DNA of 51,840 nt from a virus. The stretch is from positions 1-51,840 of the IMG/VR virus record IMGVR_UViG_3300041809_000571; one strand, 5' to 3'. The position numbers were made by a program, and so were the translations under genes. The notes below the pieces were generated by a model. That model searched no databases and was not told the origin of the DNA. It worked only from the letters and a program-made list of their open reading frames with translations. This document shows positions 35,185 through 42,857 of the stretch, in pieces; position 1 is the first letter of the stretch, and every line of letters starts with the position of its first letter.

Positions 35185-35973
35185 ATGTCAAGACTATCGA
35201 CTACTCAGATTCTTCAAAACACCAAGAACTACACCGTGTACCCCACGGTTCCCCTTGCGTTGACCCTACCCGCTGTCACTACGGCAAATGACTTGCTCGT
35301 TTGTCTCGTGTTTGCACAAAGGTCTTCGTATGGATTCAACACCGACAACCTGACGGCGGAAACCGTCGCCCCGGTTGTTTCCGACGACAAGAACAACACT
35401 TGGACTCTACGACAGAGCCTAATCAACCTGTATCAGGAACTTTCCGCATCTCCGCCACAATCACCGCCTGTTATCTCCCCTGACGCCTCTTGGAATTTCC
35501 CGAGCGTGTATCTTTTCACCGCTCCGGTCAGTGTCGCCAACGGGCAGAATGTGTACGTCACTGACGCCGGATTGGGCGACTATGTGGCTTCCCCGCCCAT
35601 CGTTTCCCCGCCCATCGCTTTGGGTCGTCCCGTGTTTGACGGCGGTATCAAGGCCCTGTTGTTTGAAGTCCAAGGCCCCAGCACCGATACCGTGGACACT
35701 TCCGGCAAGACCACAGGCGGTCAGACGGCTCTCGGCTATCACCTGATTACCCCCGGTGGAACCAACCGGCTGGTTATCGAGGCTGGTGTGCTCATCGACA
35801 GTTCCGCTCTCGGCTTGGGCACAGGAGCGACGTATCAGCACTCCGCCGCTTACCCGGCTGGAAGCTCCTACTACTTGGTGCAGTCCACCACCCAGACGAC
35901 CGCCGTTGCGTCGGCTGGATTCTCCAACCCCGTGAACTATGCGGGCGGCGTCATCGCCATTGCAATTGTGTAA
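35185..35973 (+). CDS. putative structural/fibre-like protein (Thr/Ser/Gly-rich)
   Basis: GGAGAGataacATG; N-terminal module resembles those of the 2815..4611 protein. Confidence 0.5.
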   Translation: MSRLSTTQILQNTKNYTVYPTVPLALTLPAVTTANDLLVCLVFAQRSSYGFNTDNLTAETVAPVVSDDKNNTWTLRQSLINLYQELSASPPQSPPVISPDASWNFPSVYLFTAPVSVANGQNVYVTDAGLGDYVASPPIVSPPIALGRPVFDGGIKALLFEVQGPSTDTVDTSGKTTGGQTALGYHLITPGGTNRLVIEAGVLIDSSALGLGTGATYQHSAAYPAGSSYYLVQSTTQTTAVASAGFSNPVNYAGGVIAIAIV

Positions 35974-36007
35974 GTTGCTCATCCACCATGTGTGGAAGGA
36001 GTACCGG

Positions 36008-36047
36008 ACCCGAGGGGCACTACGCATCCCCTCGGGTTCAGCCTTTT
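36008..36047 (+). terminator. rho-independent terminator candidate
   Basis: ACCCGAGGGG-N10-CCCCTCGGGT stem, then tcagcCTTTT, 35 nt after the stop of 35185..35973. Confidence 0.5.
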
Positions 36048-36220
36048 AAGCGGCCATTCTTTTTCCCAGAAACTCAGTATTTATATGCATGATACTTTTA
36101 GACACACTTCCCCTACTCCCCCAATACTCCATTTTTTCCATATTTTATGTGAATTTCTTCAATTCCTCTGGTAAGACCGGTGCGGCAGCCGGGAAAGCGG
36201 TCATATGACCGGGAGAAAAA

Positions 36221-36952
36221 ATGGAATCCACGCCTTACATGAACTCGGTGACCTCCGCCCGAGCCATGCTTCTAACTGAGGAAGAATCACTGGAGGGCGG
36301 CACGACTATCAGCTTGGAGACCCAATCGGACCTCCAAGAGGATGACGTTTTTACCTACATTCAGGAGAACTTCCCCAACTTCCTGAAAATGCTAAAGTAC
36401 CTTAGCCAAGAGGACCAAGATATGTTGTTGAGTTATTACCTACTTGGTAAGACTCAGACCACCTTGGCTACCATCTTCAAATCCACCCAGACGGTGTGTT
36501 CCTTCCGCATCCGCATGGCAATCAAAGTCATCGGGGCGTTCCTTCTCTTCGGCGAGCCAACTGCCGAGATACTGGCGGAGATACTTTCTAGCGCCGGGCT
36601 GGAGGACAGCCTCAAGGGCGGGTTGAGCAAGGCAGTCATTGAGTATGCCAAGTGCCGGTCGTTCCAGCAGGTCGCCGAGACTTTGGGCCTACACCGCCCT
36701 GACGTGCGTCGGGCGATGAGCCGGGCGGCTAGGACCCTCCTGAACTCCAAAGACAGCCGGGAGGCGGCAATGGCGGCTTGGATACATAGTCTGGTGGACA
36801 AATCCAACCCCGTGGGACCGGGATACAGCAAAAGGAAGCTTTTGAAGGAGGGTCACATCTTCAAGCAGGATGGGGAACTCCTCGGCAACTTCCGAGTCAA
36901 TATCGAGGACCCGGAGTTTGACCAACTGTTCGTATCGAGAGCAAATCGCTAG
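36221..36952 (+). CDS. protein with two sigma-70 region-4-like HTH domains (putative transcription factor)
   Basis: DMLLSYYLLGKTQTTLATIFKSTQTVCSFRIRMAIKVI and AVIEYAKCRSFQQVAETLGLHRPDVRRAMSRAARTL resemble sigma region 4.2; SD GGGAGaaaaaATG. Confidence 0.5.
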   Translation: MESTPYMNSVTSARAMLLTEEESLEGGTTISLETQSDLQEDDVFTYIQENFPNFLKMLKYLSQEDQDMLLSYYLLGKTQTTLATIFKSTQTVCSFRIRMAIKVIGAFLLFGEPTAEILAEILSSAGLEDSLKGGLSKAVIEYAKCRSFQQVAETLGLHRPDVRRAMSRAARTLLNSKDSREAAMAAWIHSLVDKSNPVGPGYSKRKLLKEGHIFKQDGELLGNFRVNIEDPEFDQLFVSRANR

Positions 36953-36960
36953 GAGGAATC

Positions 36961-37149
36961 ATGAAGAATTGGAAGACGAAGAAGGCCGATGGGAAGACAT
37001 TCAGTACGTTCCGGGTGAATATCGGGGGGCACCATGTCCTCGTGGACTGCGTGCGGATGAAGCAGGCGAAGGACTATGTCCGCAAGCAGTTCCCCGAGTT
37101 TATTCGTAATCACGGCAATAACTCCTTCACCATCAAGAGGGTGAAGTGA
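36961..37149 (+). CDS. hypothetical small basic protein
   Basis: AGGAGGAATCATG. Confidence 0.45.
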   Translation: MKNWKTKKADGKTFSTFRVNIGGHHVLVDCVRMKQAKDYVRKQFPEFIRNHGNNSFTIKRVK

Positions 37150-37973
37150 ATCTAACCCATGGTAGCCTGTTTTCCGGCATCGGAATGATGGACTACGGGT
37201 TGGAGTTGGCGGGATGGAAAACAGTTTGGCAGGTGGAGAATAACGAGTACTGCCAAGCTCTGCTCCGAGAGCATTGGCCGGTTACGCAAAAGTTCAGCGA
37301 TGTGAGGTCTTGTGGACGACACAATCTCGAACCTGTCACCCTTATCAGCGGAGGATTTCCTTGCCAGAATATCTCCGAAGCTGGAAAACTGGAAGGACTC
37401 GGAACTCCCGATAGCCCCACCGACCGCAGCGGCCTTTGGTTCCATTTCCGTCGCATCATCCATGAACTCAGACCTGCTTGGGTTCTGGTTGAGAACGTGG
37501 TTAGGCTCATGCTTAGAGACGATGGGGATACCGTCCTCGCCGATTTGGAAGCGGAGGGTTACGAAAGGGTGCCGCTCGTGGTGGGAGCTTCGGATTGCGG
37601 AGCACCACATAAGAGGCAACGGGTCTTTGTGCTTGCCCACCGCCACGACCCCGACAGCGATTATGTTCCCGCTCCCGGAGTGGAGGCCGCAAGACTTTTT
37701 CCAACTCAAATCCGGGAGATTGCGGAAGCGCAGCGAAGATGGGCACGAGCGAAGCATGAATTGGGCACAAGAACTTGCGGTGAGGGCGGTGATTCAGAAT
37801 CCTGCGCTCGAACCTACCATGGAATTGTGCGAAGATTTTTTGGGAATTCCACGTGGCTGGAGCAGACTCACGCCCTCGGGAACACAATCGTACCTGTCAT
37901 CCCGTGCCTTATCGGAGGCTACGTTGCGGCGGCGGAGAAGGAAATGGAAAGTCGAAACCTCAGTCCCCGATGA
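37146..37973 (+). CDS. DNA (cytosine-5)-methyltransferase
   Basis: motif I LFSGIGMMDYG, motif IV GGFPCQ, motif VI VLVENV, motif VIII KRQRVFV; GTG start in GTGA overlap with the upstream gene. Confidence 0.85.
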   Translation: MNLTHGSLFSGIGMMDYGLELAGWKTVWQVENNEYCQALLREHWPVTQKFSDVRSCGRHNLEPVTLISGGFPCQNISEAGKLEGLGTPDSPTDRSGLWFHFRRIIHELRPAWVLVENVVRLMLRDDGDTVLADLEAEGYERVPLVVGASDCGAPHKRQRVFVLAHRHDPDSDYVPAPGVEAARLFPTQIREIAEAQRRWARAKHELGTRTCGEGGDSESCARTYHGIVRRFFGNSTWLEQTHALGNTIVPVIPCLIGGYVAAAEKEMESRNLSPR

Positions 37974-38433
37974 CGACGGGGAATAAGGCCCGGACTCGCA
38001 TCTCCACGTACCCCATGAAATGGCTTGACACCGACTGCCCCGGCATCCGGGGAGGGGCGGTGATGTACATTTCGATAATGTCTTCAAACTTCTCTTCCCT
38101 GAACATCAAGAAGTTGGCGATGATTTCCTGCGTCCAATCGTCAAGGGAGTCATTCAACGGCTCATAACCAAACTCCTTGGCGACCATGGCGGTAGCTTCC
38201 CGGATTTTGTTGGGGTACATGTTCAAAAACTCGGTGAGATTGTAAGGCAGGATGAATCCCGGAACCGCTTCCGGCTCCCATGCGACCTTGAGCGCAGCGA
38301 GAAACTTGTCGTCCGCTGCCGTCAACTGAATCTCTGGAGGAGCAATCGGTAACCCCCGGCGCTCCATTATCTGGTATTCCTTCGCTAGAATTTTGGCTTT
38401 GAGCCGGACTACGGGGTCCTGTTCGTTGGTCAT
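37960..38433 (-). CDS. hypothetical protein (driven by cassette P10)
   Basis: GGAGGGatatATG; converges on the methyltransferase gene. Confidence 0.5.
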   Translation of the reverse strand: MTNEQDPVVRLKAKILAKEYQIMERRGLPIAPPEIQLTAADDKFLAALKVAWEPEAVPGFILPYNLTEFLNMYPNKIREATAMVAKEFGYEPLNDSLDDWTQEIIANFLMFREEKFEDIIEMYITAPPRMPGQSVSSHFMGYVEMRVRALFPVVIGD

Positions 38434-38437
38434 ATAT

Positions 38438-38460
38438 CCCTCCACTCTCAGTATACCTCA
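38438..38460 (-). promoter_or_regulatory. conserved promoter cassette P10 (tgaGGTATACTgagagtGGAGGG)
   Basis: paired divergently with P11. Confidence 0.55.
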
Positions 38461-38493
38461 CTCCCCACAATTTTATGAGGATTTTTTTACCGG

Positions 38494-38515
38494 CGTGGTA
38501 TACTGTAAGTGGAGG
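38494..38515 (+). promoter_or_regulatory. conserved promoter+SD cassette P11 (plus strand)
   Basis: gcgTGGTATACTgtaagtGGAGGcaccATG. Confidence 0.6.
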
Positions 38516-38519
38516 CACC

Positions 38520-38873
38520 ATGCCTGCTCAAGTCCGCACGTGTATCAAGTGCTATCGTGATTTTGTCTTGCTCCCCGGCAAGCCGGGGTTATCAACCCAT
38601 TGTCCCAACTGCTCGGAAGAGACTACCGAGATGAAGATGGCAAAGGTCGCTTGGGACGGAAAACACACGCAAATCATTGAAATCACGGACAATCGAAAAG
38701 AGGCTGAGCGTTTTAATAAAGCGCAGAACCGTGGCTCCTTCGGTCCACTGGCGACCTTCGGCGGTAAAGGCGAGGGGGCGGTGGGGAAGGAATCGGGTAA
38801 AATCGGCACAGGAGCGGAGCTTGGGGCGGTGTATCACTCTCCCCTGCGGGAGAAGCATTCACTTAAACGTTGA
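38520..38873 (+). CDS. zinc-ribbon protein (CIKCYRDF...HCPNCSEE)
   Basis: ATG 4 nt after the cassette SD. Confidence 0.55.
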   Translation: MPAQVRTCIKCYRDFVLLPGKPGLSTHCPNCSEETTEMKMAKVAWDGKHTQIIEITDNRKEAERFNKAQNRGSFGPLATFGGKGEGAVGKESGKIGTGAELGAVYHSPLREKHSLKR

Positions 38874-38880
38874 GGTGTGT

Positions 38881-39669
38881 ATGAAAGTAGAAACTCGGTT
38901 GAAAAAGGCGGACTTATCCCTCTATGACAGGCTGCTCGTGGAGGATGCCTTAGACCCCAATCAAAGCCACTCCCTGCCGCCAAACCGGCGTTGGGTGCCC
39001 ACCTTGGAATGGTATGACCGGGCACCGGGCGGGGCGGTCAATCCCCCTGAACCGGTGGAGAAGCCTGAGAGGGTCCGGCTAAGAGACAAGGACGTTCCCC
39101 AAGATAAAGTGGACCTCACTGTTTTTCTCTTGAAAAGCAGTACTTTATCTTATGGCGAGATTGCCAAGCTTGCCGAACTCAAATGGAATAGCACGGTGCA
39201 GCAAATCGCCAAGAAGTACAAATTACGGAGCTACGCAGTGGTCACCCCCGTCAATCGCCAACAGTACAAGGAGTCCTGTAGTTTTACTCCCCTCCAGAAA
39301 GAACAATTTGAATACAGACGGATTCTGGCGGAGGTTCTCAGGCGGAACCCCGAAGCCTCTTACCAAGAGGTTGCTGACTCTTTGAACATAAGTGTTTCGA
39401 TGGTTTTCAAAGCAGCGGAGGAGTTTGGGGTGGAGACCCGCAGGCACCGGGGCCGTCCCAATATGGGTAAAGGTGACCGCAGGGGGTTGCATTACCGGGC
39501 ACGCCGCTGTTGGGTCCAGAATTGTCTGGTGCGTCGGAAGAAGGGGCTTGCTCCCCTACCCAAGGAAGTCTTCATGGCTGACTTTTATGAGAGGCATGGA
39601 GGAACCTCCGCAGCGGTTGAAGGTCCGGTAGCGCCCATCCCTTGTCCACAGGATTGGGGAGAGGTCTAG
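38881..39669 (+). CDS. DNA-binding protein with two predicted HTH segments and an RGRP AT-hook-like motif
   Basis: GAGGtgtgtATG; LSYGEIAKLAELKWNSTVQQIAKKY and SYQEVADSLNISVSMVFKAAEEFG. Confidence 0.5.
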   Translation: MKVETRLKKADLSLYDRLLVEDALDPNQSHSLPPNRRWVPTLEWYDRAPGGAVNPPEPVEKPERVRLRDKDVPQDKVDLTVFLLKSSTLSYGEIAKLAELKWNSTVQQIAKKYKLRSYAVVTPVNRQQYKESCSFTPLQKEQFEYRRILAEVLRRNPEASYQEVADSLNISVSMVFKAAEEFGVETRRHRGRPNMGKGDRRGLHYRARRCWVQNCLVRRKKGLAPLPKEVFMADFYERHGGTSAAVEGPVAPIPCPQDWGEV

Positions 39670-39670
39670 C

Positions 39671-40180
39671 ATGAAAAAGATGGTCTGGCGGATTGGGACT
39701 CTCGATTTTCACCCTCGGGTATTAAACCAAGACTACCCGCCTATTCGTCTTTACCTTAGTGTTACGAACCACCCTCTTCCCAAGCGTAAGCACAACATGA
39801 GGCGCTTTGTAAGAGTGAAGGTTACTCTCCCGGAGTATTGTCTCCCTACCTCACTCCGCAAGCCCGATTTGATAACCTTGCGTAATGCGGTAGCGGCGGG
39901 TAAGCTGCCCCTGTCTGCTGCTATTGGGGTAATCAAGTCTTGGGGGGTGAGCAAGGACACAGCAGAGTTCATGGAGGAACAGGTCATCCCCGAGAGAAGC
40001 ACATCCTTTACTCCTCCTAACCATCGACCACATGACTTGGATTATTACGACAAAAAAGATTACACAGTCGAATCCCAAAAGGGTCCGTTCAACTTTGAGT
40101 ATTATGATGCCATGAATGACTTCTCAACTACCCCCGACGAAACGCAGGGTAGCCCGCCGCAGATGCCCGGCGTAGCATAG
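39671..40180 (+). CDS. hypothetical protein
   Basis: GGGAGAGGtctagcATG. Confidence 0.5.
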   Translation: MKKMVWRIGTLDFHPRVLNQDYPPIRLYLSVTNHPLPKRKHNMRRFVRVKVTLPEYCLPTSLRKPDLITLRNAVAAGKLPLSAAIGVIKSWGVSKDTAEFMEEQVIPERSTSFTPPNHRPHDLDYYDKKDYTVESQKGPFNFEYYDAMNDFSTTPDETQGSPPQMPGVA

Positions 40181-40433
40181 GGCTGAGACTGTAGGGAAGC
40201 ATGGACCGGCGCACACCGGAGTCTTTCTGTGGTTCTACCTCGGGTTTGTAGTCGAAGTCCGCAGGCTCGTGGGGATGCATATCCAACCACTCCGCCACGA
40301 CACTCCAAACTTCATCGTCAGAATCGAGGACATCCAAGGTAAGTAGGGGATTCTCTCCGAAGTCTTCCGATTGAAACTCCCGCCACGGAAGTTCTCCCGC
40401 AATCTTCATTCCCCCTCGGGTCAAGAAAACCAT
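40128..40433 (-). CDS. hypothetical acidic protein
   Basis: 1-nt stop/start overlap with the Endo VII gene; its 3' end overlaps 39671..40180 by 53 nt. Confidence 0.4.
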   Translation of the reverse strand: MVFLTRGGMKIAGELPWREFQSEDFGENPLLTLDVLDSDDEVWSVVAEWLDMHPHEPADFDYKPEVEPQKDSGVRRSMLPYSLSPMLRRASAAGYPAFRRG

Positions 40434-41008
40434 TACGCCTCCTTAACATTTATAGCAAGAGTGGTTTTGTTATGATATTTATCAAGATAGGTTTTGGCGG
40501 CTTCATAACGCATATGATTTGCTTCTAAGAGACCCACTAAAAAATTGCAAGCAGCGCACAGAAGTCCACGATTTTCTCCAGTAAGATGGTCGTGGTCTAC
40601 CATAAAGGGCAGGTTATTTTTTCCATCCCTAGTTTTTCCATTATCAGAAACCCCACAAATGGCACATTTTCCGTTTTGCTTGACTAATAAAGCAGCATAT
40701 TCCTCTAATGTCATTTTGTATTTTCTGAGCAAGTGTCGTGCTCTTGCGATAGATTGATATGCCTTAAGCTTTTCAGGATTGACAGCTATCTCTGTCTTGA
40801 AATAACAATTCCCACAGATTCCTCCCCCTTCTAGTTTCTTTCGCTTTTTGCAAAGAGAACAAATACCATGGCGTTTATCAGCCCTACAAGCCTTACATTT
40901 CCTACTCCAATAAATCCGCACTTCACCGGAAACGAGAGCACAAGGACGACGAGAAAAGTTATTTTCTAGGTCTAATTCTTTTTGACATTTCAAACAAGTC
41001 TTAAGCAT
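40433..41008 (-). CDS. Endonuclease VII-like (HNH) nuclease, AT-rich free-standing gene (putative homing endonuclease)
   Basis: CAICGVSDNG...MVDHDHLTGENRGLLCAACNFLVGLL; N-terminal CxxC pairs; clearly lower GC than the flanking genes. Confidence 0.65.
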   Translation of the reverse strand: MLKTCLKCQKELDLENNFSRRPCALVSGEVRIYWSRKCKACRADKRHGICSLCKKRKKLEGGGICGNCYFKTEIAVNPEKLKAYQSIARARHLLRKYKMTLEEYAALLVKQNGKCAICGVSDNGKTRDGKNNLPFMVDHDHLTGENRGLLCAACNFLVGLLEANHMRYEAAKTYLDKYHNKTTLAINVKEA

Positions 41009-42857
41009 TAGAATCCCTAGTACCAGTTACGAAACGATACTTAAGAAGTAATGACTCGGAATCGAGGGTCTCCGCCCGGACAAAGACTTCATACACAAAT
41101 CCCCCGCCCGGCGAACTGCACCAGACGGCGGCTTGCGCCCAAGCGTCATTGATGGCCTCTTGGATTTCCGAATCGGTCAGCTTCTCCACGAGTGCCTTGA
41201 CCCGGCTGCCGGTGATGTTCAGGGTGGTGCTGCCTCCCTGCAACTGCTGTTGCTCCATCTGGTCCAACTGGACTTCACCGATGCCCGGAATCTTGTCCAG
41301 AGGCGGTCGGCTAGTCAGCTTGTAGGCGGAGATGAAAGCTGCTGCGAGTTCCGCCACTACATGCTTGAGGAAGGTGCTGAACTTCTCCTTATCCTGCATC
41401 GTGCCTGCGGTCTTCATCAGACCGGCAAGGACGGTAAGAGCATCAGGTCCGCCGCCGTACTGGCTGCCGAACTCTTGAGAGAATCCCTCACCCTTGATAT
41501 CGTTCTCACTGAGTAAGGGGTTGATTCCCTCGTCTCCTGCCTTGGGGAAATCCTCCATCTCGTTATGCCGCCTGATTTCATCCGGGGTGGTCTGTTGTTG
41601 TCCCTCGGGAATTTGCGGTTTGTAGTCCAGCCCCAGTCCCGCCGCTCCAGCCGGGGAAGTGCTGACATAAGAAACCTTGGTCAGGTTATCAAAAGTGTTG
41701 TCCAAAGCAGCGGTGAGGAAGCCGGGTCCCTCGGGTTCATTGCCGTGGAAGGACGGGGCATCCAAGGTGTTCCCCGCAATGTCGGCGTCCATGGGGGCGT
41801 TTGTGGCGTTCGGGTAATCCACTATCTCATGCTGGATTTCAGGGTAGAATTCCCGGAGCGCTTGACCGGGGAAGAAGAAATTGAAGCCCGCTTTCTTATC
41901 CGGGGCCTTCCAGTTTTCGGTCTCTCCGCATCCGCAGCTTTCTCCCTTTCGTACCACCTCATGGCACTTGGGGCAGGTAACGGAGGCCGCTTCCTTGACG
42001 GGAGCGCCGAGGGCCTTGGCGGTTACGATGTTCTCAGGTTTGGCTCCATCCACATAGCTGATGCCGGACGTAATTGGCTCCGCCTTGAAGTCGTTACCCC
42101 ACTTCGTTGCCGCCTTGACGACGAAGCTTCCCGCCTGCTTGGCATTGGCAAAGTCTGAGGTATATTTCTTACCCTTCAACGTGTACTTGACTTCCATTCT
42201 AGCCTCCTTGGACTTCTTTGGCGTATAGCCGTTACAACCGCAAAGGTCACAGTACCCTTTTTCATCATGGTCATCCCGGTTGTGGCTGCATACGCAGACA
42301 TCACCTTTGTGGTCGTCGTATGCTCCTCGGATACCCATGGCTTTCAGCCCCTCGGTGATATCCGGGGGAAGTTCCTGCTCTCGTGTTCTGCCCATAAGAC
42401 TGTCCTGATAACCCTGCTCAAGCTCAGCTTCATCCATGTAAAAGGAAGCTATTTCCTTCCAGTTTGGTTCTACCCACTCCCTCGGACCCCCACCACTCAT
42501 GCCGGGGTCGGCCTTCATCAGGTCGATTATCTCAGCGAAAATATCCGCTGCCCGGTTGCCGGTCGGTTCCGGCGTCTTACCCTCTATCTGGCGAGCCTCG
42601 AACTCTCCCCGCTCCTGTAAAGCTTCAGCGTCTTCTTCATCCCATTGCTGCTTGACTTGATTCCGATATTTCCTGAAAGTCTGGGCGAATTGGTTAGCCA
42701 AGGTATCGAGGTTGAAATTTCCCTTACCACGCTGCTGGAGTGCCTGCAACGCCATGGTCTGGGCTTTCTTATGGTCCCGCTGGTCGTTGGAGATGTAACT
42801 GTAGACAACCATCGTCTGCCAGTCGGTCCAACCCTCCACCTCGGCTCGCTTACGCAT
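41001..42857 (-). CDS. large hypothetical protein (618 aa) with two Cys clusters
   Basis: CVCSHNRDDHDEKGYCDLCGC and CPKCHEVVRKGESCGCGE; coupled to the stop of the 1604-aa gene. Confidence 0.55.
   Translation of the reverse strand: MRKRAEVEGWTDWQTMVVYSYISNDQRDHKKAQTMALQALQQRGKGNFNLDTLANQFAQTFRKYRNQVKQQWDEEDAEALQERGEFEARQIEGKTPEPTGNRAADIFAEIIDLMKADPGMSGGGPREWVEPNWKEIASFYMDEAELEQGYQDSLMGRTREQELPPDITEGLKAMGIRGAYDDHKGDVCVCSHNRDDHDEKGYCDLCGCNGYTPKKSKEARMEVKYTLKGKKYTSDFANAKQAGSFVVKAATKWGNDFKAEPITSGISYVDGAKPENIVTAKALGAPVKEAASVTCPKCHEVVRKGESCGCGETENWKAPDKKAGFNFFFPGQALREFYPEIQHEIVDYPNATNAPMDADIAGNTLDAPSFHGNEPEGPGFLTAALDNTFDNLTKVSYVSTSPAGAAGLGLDYKPQIPEGQQQTTPDEIRRHNEMEDFPKAGDEGINPLLSENDIKGEGFSQEFGSQYGGGPDALTVLAGLMKTAGTMQDKEKFSTFLKHVVAELAAAFISAYKLTSRPPLDKIPGIGEVQLDQMEQQQLQGGSTTLNITGSRVKALVEKLTDSEIQEAINDAWAQAAVWCSSPGGGFVYEVFVRAETLDSESLLLKYRFVTGTRDSNA

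Noticed and set aside
13028-38445. ORF-track N-terminal extensions such as MHRRERTD..., MEGRMKLL..., MGGNTLKK..., MRIPMKTT..., MEGYMTNE..., MTIILWMG..., MLTGTGET...
   Set aside because: Their first codons are GTG/TTG or ATG lying inside or upstream of the conserved promoter/SD cassette, so translation would have to start upstream of the transcription start. The true starts are the first ATG or TTG after the cassette SD.
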